Source: Tubiluchus corallicola
Taxonomy: Eukaryota; Animalia; Priapulida
Direction of reading: 5' to 3'
Assembly (NCBI GenBank): GCA_030141605.1
Contig: JAQGDQ010000024.1
Coordinates: forward strand, 868,001-932,000
DNA length: 64,000 nucleotides
Every line of letters begins with the position of its first letter. Position 1 is the first letter of the stretch. The notes beneath the pieces were generated by a model. The model ran no database searches. It had not been told where the DNA came from and saw only the letters and a list, made by a program, of their open reading frames with translations. Positions 14,910-28,511 of this stretch are shown here, one piece after another. Both the position numbers and the translations under genes were made by a program.

Positions 14910-15046
14910 AATATATATATATATATACATATACATATACACATACACCATATACATATACATACATACATGCATGCATACATACATACATACATACATA
15001 CATACATACATACATACATACATACATACATACATACATACATACA

Positions 15047-15080
<34 letters not shown>
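14910..15080. repeat. (TA)n/(TACA)n microsatellite
   Basis: Direct inspection. Confidence 0.95.
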
Positions 15081-18000
15081 ACTGACCCTGTAGTCACAGA
15101 TTTTTAAATATCCGACTTCTGAGAACAGCGTATGACGTAACAACAAAAATGTAACTATTTGTGGTGTATTAAGACAGCTTATACGTCATGTCATACTTCA
15201 GCTGCGTTACGAGATGTATGGCATTTTACATAAAGTTGTAGTAATGAGTTTTCTTCTTAACTTGCCTTAATACTTTAAATTGAAATGTTTTAAGGACAGC
15301 AGAGAAAAAGAAAATAAACCATCTTTGAAAAGAATAGTGTCTTACAATACGCAAAAACAAGCTAATATCAGCATGTGTGGCTTCATTAATCTAAATCAAT
15401 TAACAAAACTTTTAATTATTGTCTGGAATACTTTACACAATGACATTTTAAAAACAGCTTTGCCCAACCAGCATTCTTGCGGGCAATAATTATACCAGAC
15501 GTACATAATCGAATAATCCAACATAATGAACTCGTTAATTTGCTTCCGAACGAAAACTCGAGACAGAGAGGAGAAAATTAAAACAACCGCTGGGAAAAAC
15601 AACAAATGACTTGAGAACTCGGTAATGATATAATAAAAATCATCACGACTAATGACGATAACAGTGAAAAATTTGTTGCGCGCACAGCCGCCCATCGGTC
15701 CGACATGCGGTTTCCATTTACTTGCCGAATATTGCAATCCCATTTCAGCGCTATTTCCCACCAGATGTGGTCAACACACATTAATTACACATCGCTAATG
15801 AGCGTGTAGCTGGCTAGAGTTTCAGCATTGTTGATATAAGCAACATGGACAGAGTTTATTTAAGGTCAAGGCCTTTCCTCTTCGCATCCATACAGCTTTG
15901 CGATGTTTGCATGCTGTTATGAGTGCAAGAATGTGCACAGCCTTAATTCGCATAAACGTGCCAGAAATTACATGTGTTTTAATTTCGTCAAAAAAATGTT
16001 ATTTTCTGCCGATGGCGGCGCTTAAGCTTTGCTAAGCTGCACTACGTTAGCACTCTGGCGCGCAAAATCAAAACATATTTTTACCATTAAATATTGTGTT
16101 AAGCGTTGCAGCGGAAGTCACAGATTTTAGATTTTAAACCATGGGTTGCTCACATTCACATTTGTTCAGTTACCACTAACCACATACCCACTTGAACAGC
16201 CATTGGTCAGTTACAGAAACTATTTAGCCAGTGAGTTGACCTGGAGACTACACACAAGGAAGCTGGTGGTATACTCGACCGCGGCAGCATTGCTTAACTT
16301 CTACAGTTATGAATTGCTGAGGTACACAACTGCACACGTACGTACTCCGTCCTTTCGGTTCGTAGTATGTAATTATGCAAGTAAAGTTTGTTTGTTTGTT
16401 GTCTGTTTAGTAAATTAATCTGCTTAATCCTACCAAGAAACTATTTTTTAGGGCTCATTTACCATTTTTTGTATGCCCTATAATAAACATGTCAAACTGC
16501 CAAATACGTTCATTAACAGTTACCTGTAAAAAAGAAAGGCTAGCATGCAATGGGGAAACCAAAATGAAGCCCACAAAACGTATACTCATTGACGACCAAT
16601 AACTGATTCACTTCGATCGACTTTGAGATCTGACGTATCTCGCCGAAGATGTCGTCGAAGCGATACTTGTCAAACCGTGAAATCATTACAAAAATGACTA
16701 CAAAGCATCTAAACTGAAAAAAAACAAGTAACCAACACACACCCCCCACACCAACACCCCACCCAAAGACATACAGACGCAGTAAAAAGCAGCTCATCCA
16801 TGAAAACTTTTTAACTAATACTTCAAACTTTATGTTAGCGCAGTACATTAACATACTGAAAAGCATATATTCATTCGGGTATTGACCAATCATACTAAAA
16901 TGTCATTTATACAGAAATAGTAAATAAGACTCATAGCAAAAACACACAAATTCCTAATGTAATAGTGATATTACTCTATGAAATCCATTATAACAATAAA
17001 AACAAGATCTTGAAGACTTCAACACAAAGCTAACATAACAGTCCACTAACGCAAACACAAGAATAGGTAGTTGCACAAGTCACGGAATTCAGATAACACA
17101 AAATTCTACAAGCAACCGTTACCTTATTACGATTCTCTGTAAATGACACAGCGGCAGGCGGGCTTCCCCATAACACAGATCGATGATAGCTTCATATATA
17201 ATAATTATCGGCTATGCGCTATTCATGTAATGCACAAAGATTTCACCTTGTAACAAAGAAATCGCTTCGTGCTCATTGGTTACATGGCAAATCACCCTAA
17301 AGTCAGACAGGGGCAAAAAACACCCGCGCGTGTAGTCAATCGACGCCCGGGACACGACAGCTGCACGTCGGGCAGTTTATGTTACACACACACTATAGCT
17401 GTCTCTTTTAACTCGTCTCAACATGATGCATAAAACATGCGGAATGTTTCTAGGTTTCTGTGCCTGGAAAAAACGACCGTACATGCAAACGTGAACTAAA
17501 ACTAGAAAAAGTGCTATGCCATGGAACGAAGCAGTCAAAATGTAAAAGTCGCCAAAACAAATGAGGCAAAAGTCGTCACATCAATTGTCCACATGAAACG
17601 ATACCACAACGTTACATAGATAATTATCACGTTGAGTAGGGTGACTAGACATGCACTAAAGAAGTTTTTAATTACAGCCAACAGCGATTTTACTTTACCA
17701 AATGAAAACGTAGATGTTATGATGCAAATAAGAATCAGCTAACTGGTAGCTGGTAGCTGGCTGCGTAAAGTGAGAGAAGCCCATCTCATTAACCACGTGG
17801 GGTCAACTGCTGATAAACCAGCGTTAAAGCTGACTGCCCATTATCATAGATGGCGCATCATGGCAGATCCAAGAAAACAGTGCTAAACCAACAAGACAGT
17901 TCTAAAGTAAACGGCCAGCAGAATGGTCTATAATTGTATTCAAATATCAAAATTAATTCCCTAATGATCAATGTGTTTTTTTACAATCTCTCATTCGACA

Positions 18001-18337
18001 CGAAACTGGGGCTCCTCTCTGATAAAGCATTCAAGGGAAATGCCAAAATTAATCGATCGTTCCTCCCATCAATCCCATCATTTCTAATAATTTCTGCCTA
18101 CCACTTGACAACAAATACATTCTTAAGCTTTCTGTTTTACTTTTATACTTTTCCTGAAAATCTTTGCAAAACCAAGCGCTAAACGGACGGTAACTAAAAT
18201 TATTATCACCGTCAATAATGTGCAAGCATTCCATTTTATCATGCACAGTAACTTGTACAATACAGTCACTTGTAATATTGCTTTACATTTCCCAACATTC
18301 TAATTCCAACAAACAACAACAAGAACTGAACTTCTAG

Positions 18338-19420
18338 TTTACTTTACTTTTCCGCCTAAGGAACCAATGGAACATGGCAAGCAAACCGTGGAAGAAAGCT
18401 CTGTCATTGACGAAGTCTGTGAGATTGGTGACTGTACAGTATTCTGCTGAACCCAGTGTGAAGCACTGAAATAACAGGATGGGATCAGCTCACCGACAGA
18501 GGATTGGGGACAGTGGAGCGAACCTGTCTGGCCATGACAGACTCGTCTAGAGGAGTCGAACATCTGAGTTGCCTGTGGAAAGGACTCCCATTTGGCTGCC
18601 TTTAGCAGGACAGTCAAATAAACGAAATTTGGTCGTCGGGCGGATGCTGGCTTTGACCAGGCCTATGCCAGCTGATCAAAAGCATTTCTTCCCATACCCA
18701 CTGCTTGGACAAAGTGCAATGAAGTCTGACAAAGACTAGATCTTTTTCTAAGCACAGCTGATGGTGAAACTCAACAGGACTTCCACAGTGAACACTTTGA
18801 CAGCATCACAGCATAGCAACAATTCTGCAAAGAAAAAGGTGTCATCTGCAAAGCAGAGTCTCCTGAAATGGTAATGGTAGTTTGTGCCAACATGAGTATA
18901 TCAGGCCATCGATTAGTTAATCTGGAAAACAAAGGTGATTTAAGCAGATTTGGAGTGGCAATAAAGCCTTCACAGATGCTTGATGGCGTAGCACCAACGG
19001 ACTTAACAGGAGATCTTGTTCACAAACTTTACTGGTGGTGTTGGTGTACAATATATTAAAGATAGAAATAATGTTTAGACGAAGTCCAGTCCCTTGGAGA
19101 ATGAGCCAAAGAATGCCACAGTGCAGGGAGACAAAGGCAGCTTTCAAATCGACATTGACAGGAGAATTAGCCAAAGAACCTTGCAGAACTCTTTCTGCTG
19201 CTGGGTCATGGTGTTAAGGACAAGAATGCTATTGGTAGAGGAGAGCTGAGGGCTGACGTCAGCTGTTGTGAATGGCGTTTGTAGTGGACAGGAGACTTGA
19301 TTCTACTTATGATGTACGTGGCAACTTTAGAAAATGAGTATGATAGGATGATAGTTGGAGGGCTCTGTTCTCACTGAAGAGGATGATTAAGGAAGCTGCC
19401 TTCAACTGTCTGGACAATGG
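18338..19420 (-). mobile_element. Decayed RTE-like non-LTR retrotransposon (reverse transcriptase and 3' end)
   Basis: Remnant motifs VDLKAAF.SL...LWLILQGTG, ILYTNTTSKV, LCFADD, GMGRNAFDQL...SIRPTTKFRLF; AAGTAAAGTAAA tail at about 18340. Confidence 0.78.
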
Positions 19421-19600
19421 TTACTTTCTGGTTCCTTCTGGATTGGAGTTCCTCCGAATTCGTTTCGATCCTCAAGATGCTGTACACTAACACGACCAAT
19501 AGAGTTTGTGAAGACGGCCTCAAGATAAGTAAGACACTACAACATCAAGCATCTGTGAAGGTTTTCTCTCCACGCCCTATTTGTCCATCCAATCAGCAGT
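19420..19600 (+). mobile_element. Inverted fragment of the same RTE-like reverse transcriptase
   Basis: KMLYTNTTNRVCE and CATCAAGCATCTGTGAAGG mirror 18965-19060 on the opposite strand. Confidence 0.7.
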
Positions 19601-22600
19601 AATAGAGTGACAGGAAAACCAGTTCAAAACAGCCAATAAGGAGACAATTTCAAAGGTGTACAGGAACCGAGGTAAGCTTCTGTGGCCCAAGCCCAGTGAA
19701 TCTTATAAATAATAATCAGTAGCTTCCTTAACTGAAAAAAGTGACTCAGCGCAAATGTCAGGCAATGAAATTCTTGGGGTGGCGAGAACCGGAGAAACTG
19801 TATAGAACGGCAATCTCGCTCCTGTAGGCCACCCTCGTGTTATTCACGCGAAATTCAGCATCAGCGTTGTCCACAATCTGATTAACCCACAAACCTTGAT
19901 CCACTGAAAACTCTTCTGACGTTCAGGATTCAACGCTGCATACGCCTCTGCATGGCCCGACAGTCAACAAGGTCAGGATGATTTAGCAAAGTTCAAGGGA
20001 TGCCAACAGACATGGAGAGCTCCCAAGGTCTCCAAAACTGCTAGGCTCCTCAAGGAAGGCGGGCTGGTTTGACGGAGACGTAGATAGAAACCGGCGAGTT
20101 CAGCGTTTCGGAAGATACAGCAAACGTACAGATTTACGCAGCGAGCGAATGATGAAATGCGTAACCTGGGGTCTAGACAGCATATAGGTGTTCCTATCAT
20201 GAAGATTTCTCTTCAATCTAGCCGAAACTAACTCTCATTCCCATGTGACTATTCGGACTATTTTAAAAGCGATTATTTGCATCTTCGGGTTCAATTTACT
20301 GTGCTTTTCTGTATATTTTATTTGTTATGTCTTACGGACGGCAAGAAATCATATGACTCGTGTTTCATTGTTTAAATCTCGTCTTAGAAAAACTATTACT
20401 TACTACATATTTACTTACTAGTTTTCCACTTTCGAAAGAAGCCACTCGCGGAATCTATTAAAACGACGAGGAAGCGCAGCGAAAACATCGCAGAATATGT
20501 TGAGACAAAATACTGAAAAAAGTGGGGTGAATCAGTTCGGGAAAATGCACGGGAAGACCAGGTTTCTCACGAGATCAAATCCAAACTTTATAATACTTTT
20601 TGCATGTTTTGTTTTCGTTTCTGGCCTCTTTAAAACTTAACTACCTTTGCTCACACTGAAGCTACAAATACTTATATCTAATACTAGTATATATCTAGTA
20701 GCCACAAAACAATGTACTATAATGTGCAGTGGCAAAATTTATCCGAACATGCACGTAATCTATTGTATGAAATATTTATTATTGTTTTGATCGGCCCTGT
20801 TATGTCAATAAGCTATCTATCTATCTTAGTAAAATTTCTAAATGATTATTTCTAAAACATGTATAAAGGTGAAACATTGTTATGGTTTAATATTTTATAT
20901 ACCCAGCTAGTATAACGTAGTTTATCCTGGAACTTCACTTAACCTGATCAACGAAGTAAACACTGATTTTGGATAAGATTTCGCTTAGATGATACTGTTT
21001 ACATTTTTCTAGTATTTTCCAGGTACTTGTATCTAGCAGCTTATACAGTTTTGACATTTTTACGTAATGAAGAAGCAAATACAATTCCTTATTAGTAAAA
21101 TGTCTTTTTCCTACTGCAATATTTTATTCGTGTTTTTGTCACTTTTTACTACTTTATTACGAGTCTTTCCCCTGCTACTTTTACTTTCTTTCACCTGGTT
21201 TCGTGAGTTTCTCCTTGGCTATTTTTTACTTCACCTCCAGAAGGCATTCGCGTTACACGTGACACGCAAATTGAAATGCTTGTTAACATTCATTGTACTT
21301 TCAATAATCATCTTCTGAAGCAAATTGGATAGGACACGGGTCATAGTGTGTACTTGCACTACACCTGGTTAGTAAATGGGCTGCCGGGAAAACTGGCTCA
21401 CCCCTTCTGTGCTAAGACACTTCTGCTGTTTAGCGTGTCAGCTTAATAGCCACACTGTGACTAGTTTAAACAAAAAAATCGGGAAATTGTTTCAGCTGAA
21501 TTTTGTTTCTGATTACGGAATAATTAGCATAAAATGTTTTTTGCAAAACGCCTACTGAACTCATTCACTGTCTCAAAGCGTTATAACAAAATAAGCTTTG
21601 TTCAGACGAGGTCACAGGCAAAATCGAAAAATTAATCATAATTCAGACGAACGTAATCTTACTGACTAAATCAATAAATCCTTGAAAATTATCATCACCG
21701 TCTACGGCGAGATAAATTATCTTGCCAGTGGCTGTAGGAGAATGGGGACATTTTGACGAGATGCACTGACTCACACTGCTGCATAGCTGCTGTCATATCA
21801 ACAGAAAAACTGACGGATAATGAGTTACAAGATTTGCTTTCTTTAAACGACTCTTACATTAACCCCAAATGAACTCTATAAAGCTACCAAAATTCTTTTT
21901 TTAATTTACAGCCAATGCTTAGTGTAGTGATTGTAGTAGCTGTTGACATGTAGTAGTACTTTTTATTATTGTGAAATTATTAAAAAAAATAAGGACTAAC
22001 TATTACCACTGTTTAACAGTAAATAGTGATAAGCAGAAAGAACTGCACAATAGCGTGAATATGTGAAACGACTATTTTGATATTAAAACATGATGAAGTA
22101 TATAGCAAAGTGTGGAAAGAATGATTACAATGAAATGACAACATAAACTAGGTCTGTATTTAGAATTGTATAAGCAAAACACACGCTGATATGCGGCCTG
22201 CGGAGTAAAGCACATCCGGAAGGCGTTATGCGTTATTGCGTAAACACATTTTATATAGTTTTCAGTGCACCCGTTTATCAGACCTGCGGGATGCCTTGTT
22301 GCACTTTACGTTATATGAGCTACACTCAGATAGATACGCAATAATAACATGGGTGCTATCTCAGAACTCGAAAACATCATTTTTGCATACTAGTACATTG
22401 TAATTTAAAACTGCAAATGCAGTTTGCCAACCACACTAGTTTTATTACATTTTCATTTTCAGTGTATCTCTAGATAAGCTTATTCAGTTATACAGTGATA
22501 GAAAATGCAATAAATAATTAATCGACACCAGCCTATTGTAATTAACAAATGAATTAATTACACAAGCTCATTAAGTTCCAGTAAACAAACAGGTGATGAT

Positions 22601-25600
22601 GATATGTCAAAATAGAATACTACCAATTCACCGTGTGAACTGATGCAAGCCGCATTGCGCAACTATTCCAATGAATCGTTTCAAATACAGTGACGATAGC
22701 GTATTTATGTATTGAAAAGAGCTATTCTTGCAGCAGATCAAAACGGTCATACAGAAGAAGTTCTACGCATCACAGAGGTATCTGGGAAAATAAATTTGTA
22801 CGCAAATGCTGCTAAAATTGTTAAAATAGCTTATTTTTATAAAAATCTAAAAGTCCATACCATACTATTAGATTATGCTATTATTATTAATGGTAACTTA
22901 CAAGTCAAAAGTGAAATTACATTGAGACAATATTCGACCAAATACTTTGGTGTAACTATGGATGCTGACTCGTGTCAGTCTCCACGTATTATAAGCAATT
23001 TTGAAAAAAAACTGTATTCGTCTGTATTCAAAAGTATTTGAATCTCAGTGTTAGAAAAAATATAATTTTACCTAATAACTTATCGGTACCTCTGTACACG
23101 TCACCTGTTTCGGTTCCTAAAATGTTAGTAAGCGACAAGTCTTAAATATTGTTAGTATTATTAAATTCACATGCAAGTATTTCATGTCAAAATGTAACTT
23201 ATGCGTGTAAGAAACAGACAGAAAAATTACGAATTTCACTAACACTGTTAATAGTATCACAAGAAATTCTAAACACACATTACAATCTGTGAGCAAAAGT
23301 ATTGTGCAGAACTTTATGTAAAACAAGTGGCTGTTCAAATATACGACTGAAAGATTCAGAACATCATTTGCACTAACTGCTTGTATCTTCTAGATGGAAC
23401 AGTTCCTACAGTAATCTTGAATTGCCTCATTTAAATCTAAATCATGAATTATATTACATGTATGTTTTTTCTTTGTCTTTTTGTTTTGATATGTGAAGTG
23501 CTATTGTGAAAATGCCAATTTTAGGTACTTTTTTGTCGTAACATCAATACTGTTTAATAATTTTGCACACTAATTTCTTATTTTATTACATTACAAATTT
23601 GAATTCTTTAATGAGAAATAAAGCTATCTATCTATCTATCAGAAAATTTTATTACAGAGTGGACTGTTGCACCTAGCATGTACATTATCATTTCGTAAAG
23701 TGTCAAAAATACAAAAGAACTACACATAGCCCGCTCGATGACCGAAATCCAGAGATCCCATATGTTAGACACATACGTTATCTCCTTACTTGATGAAATT
23801 GATTTCGCCCCTAATTGTCATCAGTTATGTGACCAATGTAGTTGGTCAAGTGGACATTACCTTGTCTGCAATTCACGCTGATATGACGTGAAATTGTTAA
23901 TTGATTATTATTGTTTTTTGCAAGTTGCCAAAAGTCAGGAAGACTAGATGTAAGCACCAATTATCTTTGTTGTAACTGCGCTATTTAATCACAATCGAAA
24001 ATCATGTAAGCTAATTTAAGTCATTTGTCTGTATCAAACTTATATTTTTTGTTAAAATCTCATTGCAGTAATTTGTTAATCCAGGTAATGATATTGCTGC
24101 ATATTGAACAAACTTGGATTTTACATTAGTTTAAATGTAGTACAACAATAAACAGTTTAAATAGCAAGTTTTATGCAGTGTATTTACAATTAACATACCG
24201 TGACCATGTGCTAGAATTACAGTATTGATAGGGAGATAAAGAATTATTATTGTTTAAAATTGAACATCATTTTAGTGGAATTCTCTTAATTTGAATTATA
24301 TGCTGTAAACAACTGAAACAGCATTATCTTTGTAATTATACATATATTAATGAAACTATGAGAGAACATAAAATTACTTAGTCATAAGAGATTTAGAGTA
24401 GTAGTTATTATAAACATACTGTAAGGAATATATGTGGTGAAGTTGTGGCTAAGTGGATAAAATACTGATACTTTGTGCGAATTACATGGGTTTAATTCTC
24501 GCTCTGGACCGTATCAGTTACAAACCCTAGCAGAGGGAGGATGTATACTACTAATATATCCAAACATAGCTAAGACATCTTTGCCTCTTCAATGGCTTAT
24601 CTTAGAAGCTCAGGGTTATCCTTGATACTGAGTCAGAATCTGGTCATATCATAAAAATGTCTTTGAGTACAGTGAATACACCCTATAGGCCTTTCCAAAG
24701 TGTTTAGAAAAGCATTATGTGAACTGTCTGTCAACAACAAAAGATAGTAACGATTGCCTACCTGAAATTGTCTTCAGGCATCAACATTTACCCGAATGCA
24801 CCTAACCCATTGCAGTACTTTGTATGCAAAACTCTTCTTTATACATCTATTATAAGCAATAATAAAACAGAATTTTAATTTTCTTCTGAACAGTCAATTA
24901 CACGAAATATTGCATTATTTGAATGCTGCATAGCCTAAATTCCATTTTAATGGTTTTTTCTTTTTTACATCAACTTAATTAAGTTCCTTTTATTGCTATT
25001 CTGTAAAAACATATGTACTAACACAGATGTTTAAAATTTTATATTTTTTATTTGAACTAACATTTTTGAGCTTCACTTGTGTGTTCGAAGTAAATAATAA
25101 AATAAATATAAAAGTATCAATTTCAAATTCAAAAAGATATCTCATATCTCACAAGTACATGTACAACTAGGATTCAAAATCTCCAATAAATAAAAAAGTT
25201 AAAAGGAGTAAATAACTTCAACAATAACCACTCACTGGGCAGAAAGATTGCATTGGTGTTATTGGGCTTACTTGTAATATAATGACCAGCTGGCTTGGGA
25301 TGTTTCACAACTGACTGAAAACATTCATGGATTTAATTATAATTACTGTTTTTTTAATTTGTAATTGTGTTTTAATAAGGGAAGTCTTGCATGGTATTCT
25401 CAACTGCTCGATCGCGAGTTACGACTCATTTACATGTTCAAGAGCCTCTCATATATGTACAGAAGTCTGCAATGCTGTAATTTAACAACCCTTGAATAAA
25501 GGATTCTCTGTGGAGATCTTACTGAGACTCATTAGACACAAAGCAGAAAAATATCTTATCATAATACTTTTAATTTGACTGTCAATTCAAAGTCTAAAGA

Positions 25601-26665
25601 ATGGGGTTTCAAAGTTTTTAAAGAGCAACTTCGTCTTCACATTTGATTTCTATGAAGGTGGTGAACGAGTAGAATAGTATCGCTTCAATGGCTTGCCAAA
25701 GTGATCACCGTACCAACCAATGTGAAATTTATAATAGCTATACGTGAAATTTCAACCAGATGAATTGGAAACAATTTTCCAGGCTTTGATAATTGATTGA
25801 GATAATTAGAAATAATGTGAAATTTTCAGTTTATTTACAATTACTCAAATATCTGGTTATCACCACTCTTAAATTATCAAGCAAATTCGGTTAGTCTCGC
25901 CAAAAAGATTGAAAAATAGAATAAACAATATAACTAAGTGATAATTTTTTTTAAGTAAATCTAGAAAAAGAGTGATTTTAGCAATTTTTTAATCGGCTAG
26001 GGAAAGTTATTGTGAGGCCAGTTTTCCTGAGGTCTACCACTTTGCCAAATCTGATGTAAAGCTTAGATAATGCTAAGAATTTTCTGTGTTTTTATTATTT
26101 TTCCTTTTTTGTCACATTCAAAGTAGTTTTAATCAAACAATGTGCCATTGTCTTAAATATTTTATGAATTAATTTTTTAGTAATTTTGATGTTCTTTTAT
26201 TCGTAAGATGCATTTGATCATCACGTAAAATGAATTAAAATATTCAATAAATTATTATTATTATTATTAATGCTGCCTAATTTTTAGTGATCATTTCAAG
26301 TTTCAACATCAACTATTTTGATAGTTATTAATTATGGAATCGAATAAAATTTGCTATAAGATTATTTTGCTAATGTGACATATAGTTTGCTCGAAGCAAA
26401 ACACGGGGGCAAGTCCCAGGTGATAAACTGATGATTAGGTTTAAAAAGAATAATAGATTTTCTACGATTAAATTTAACTTAGCCCACTGCCCACACAACT
26501 GCATTAAAATATTACGGCACTCTAGTTTAACAAATCAACCAAAAATAGGTTATAGCAGAAGTGCAACAAATGAAACCTCGTCAATGATATGATATGAAAT
26601 TTTTTCACACATAGGAATAACATTAGTGCACCAAAGATATTTACAAATACAAAAATTCATGTTGT

Positions 26666-27470
26666 GTGAGAGGTGTTCGGCAAAGATCGATACTGGGTCT
26701 CTTTTTATTTCTACTTTTTGCCAATGATTTGCCAGATTCAGTTACCTCAGAAATTAGTATGTTTGCTGACAACACAAGAATCTATTGTCAGTACATTTAC
26801 AACAGGACTTACTTCATCTTGAGGTCTAATCTGATAATTGATTATTACAGTTTAATGCAGATAAATGTGTAATGTTGCAGCTTAAAGCGCAAGTTTCATC
26901 ATATTGTTATCTGTTTGGCAATGAGTTAACTCACATCTCAGAACATAAAGACCTTGGTGTAATTATATCTAAGGATCTGAAGCTACTGGAAGCTATTCGC
27001 AAGAAGGCGAATCAGATTGATTAACACACGTTTTGTTAATCATGATTATAAGCAGATGTTAACAAAGCTTATGTGCGATTGTTAATGGAATACTCTCGCA
27101 CTGTATGGTCACAATCACTACAATTTGACATCTAGACACTGCAAAAATTCCAAGATAGGTACCTGCAGTTATGTTATGCAGCTAATTTGCATCCTAACTC
27201 CAACAAAGAGAAATAACTGACCTGTATGAGGTATAAAGTATTTAAGTACTTAAATGGAGACATAAATCGAGTTAGCTGTGAACCTGTGACATACTATTCA
27301 AGGCTGCACCTCTATTGTCCACTTGCGGTCATTCTAAGAAACTGTTTAAACCCTAAGTAATTTTTGAAAAAAAAACAGTTTGCTCATGCCGTCTAGTGTA
27401 AACATTTTGCCGGAAAGTGTAGTTAGTGCACCTAATTTAAGCTTTTTTGATGAGGGATTGAAGGTTTCAC
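26666..27470 (+). mobile_element. Decayed CR1/L2-group LINE, 3' part of ORF2
   Basis: GVRQRSILGLFLFLLFANDLPD...MFADNT (GVPQGS/FADD region), KDLGV, KAYVRLLMEY...VWS, GHSKKL. Confidence 0.8.
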
Positions 27471-28049
27471 GATAGACATGCTTTAAGCCAAAATTATTAA
27501 GAAAGATTGTGTGTGCCACCATGAGGTCGTTTTCACGCTCCATTCGATGAAACTGAAATGCACTCAGTATAAGTAAAACTTTTGGCAAAAACTGCCACTA
27601 ATAATTATTATATACACTTTTGCCTACAGCTGACGCTCGCCATTATCATAATAACAATAAATAGACTAATTTTCACCTTAAGTTGCTTTTAATTTTTGGA
27701 GCTAAGTTTTTCTGGCGAACAAGATGGGCTATCTTCGCAACACAACAGTAAATCTTTGGTCGCAGATCCATGGATCTATGTCGACCAACAATCATAGCCG
27801 CACGTAAAAGTATTATTTAATTTAGTATTATTTAATTTTAACTTTTTTTATATTATTCATAATTATTGTTTTAACTGTTATTATAATAAAAACAATAGAA
27901 ATGTCACAAAGACGTGAAGAAAGGTTCGTAATATCAGGTTAGATCAAATGTAGACTTGGCAGGGTTTCTTGTATGCGATGTTGCATCATGCTACAGGTAC
28001 AGGGTGTAGCATAATCGTTTGCTAAGAGATAAAAAATCAACAAGTAAAA

Positions 28050-28478
28050 TAATACATCTCAACCTCTCCTTAAAAAGGTTTAAATTTGGTGCACTAACCA
28101 CTCTTTTTGGAAAACTATTCCATTTGTTCACTACGCGGTGTGAAAAAAAATGAACTTTTACAATTAGTTGTTGCATACGGTTTATACAACTTCTTAGAAT
28201 GACCGTGAGTGGACAGCAGAGGTGCAGCTTTAAATAGTGTATCACAACTAACACGGTGGTCTCCATTTATGTACTTGAATACTTCATACAAGTCAGCTGT
28301 TTCTCTTCTCTGTTAGTAAAACAAATCTCAGGACGCAAATCAGCTGCATAACATAATCGCAGGCACCTATCTTGAACTTTCTGCAATCTCTTGATGCCAA
28401 ATTGTAATGATAGCGACCATGCTACATTCGAATATTCTAATAATGGTAACACATAAGCTTTGTAGAGAGTTAACACCT
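28050..28478 (-). mobile_element. Second CR1-like LINE 3' fragment, same family, opposite orientation
   Basis: LYKAYVLPLLEYSNVAWS...LQKVQDR; FFSHRVVNKWNSFPKRVVSAPNLNLFK. Confidence 0.82.
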
Positions 28479-28511
28479 GCTTAGGTGTTAACTCTCTACA
28501 AAGCTTATGTG
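28450..28511. repeat. Perfect inverted repeat (29-bp arms, 4-nt loop); imperfect arms extend to about 28400-28563
   Basis: CACATAAGCTTTGTAGAGAGTTAACACCT-GCTT-AGGTGTTAACTCTCTACAAAGCTTATGTG. Confidence 0.92.

Noticed and set aside
14866-15146. MYVC/HTYI ORFs
   Set aside because: Translation of the (TACA)n microsatellite.
24435-24510. tRNA gene
   Set aside because: Degenerate A/B boxes and no cloverleaf; at most a SINE remnant.
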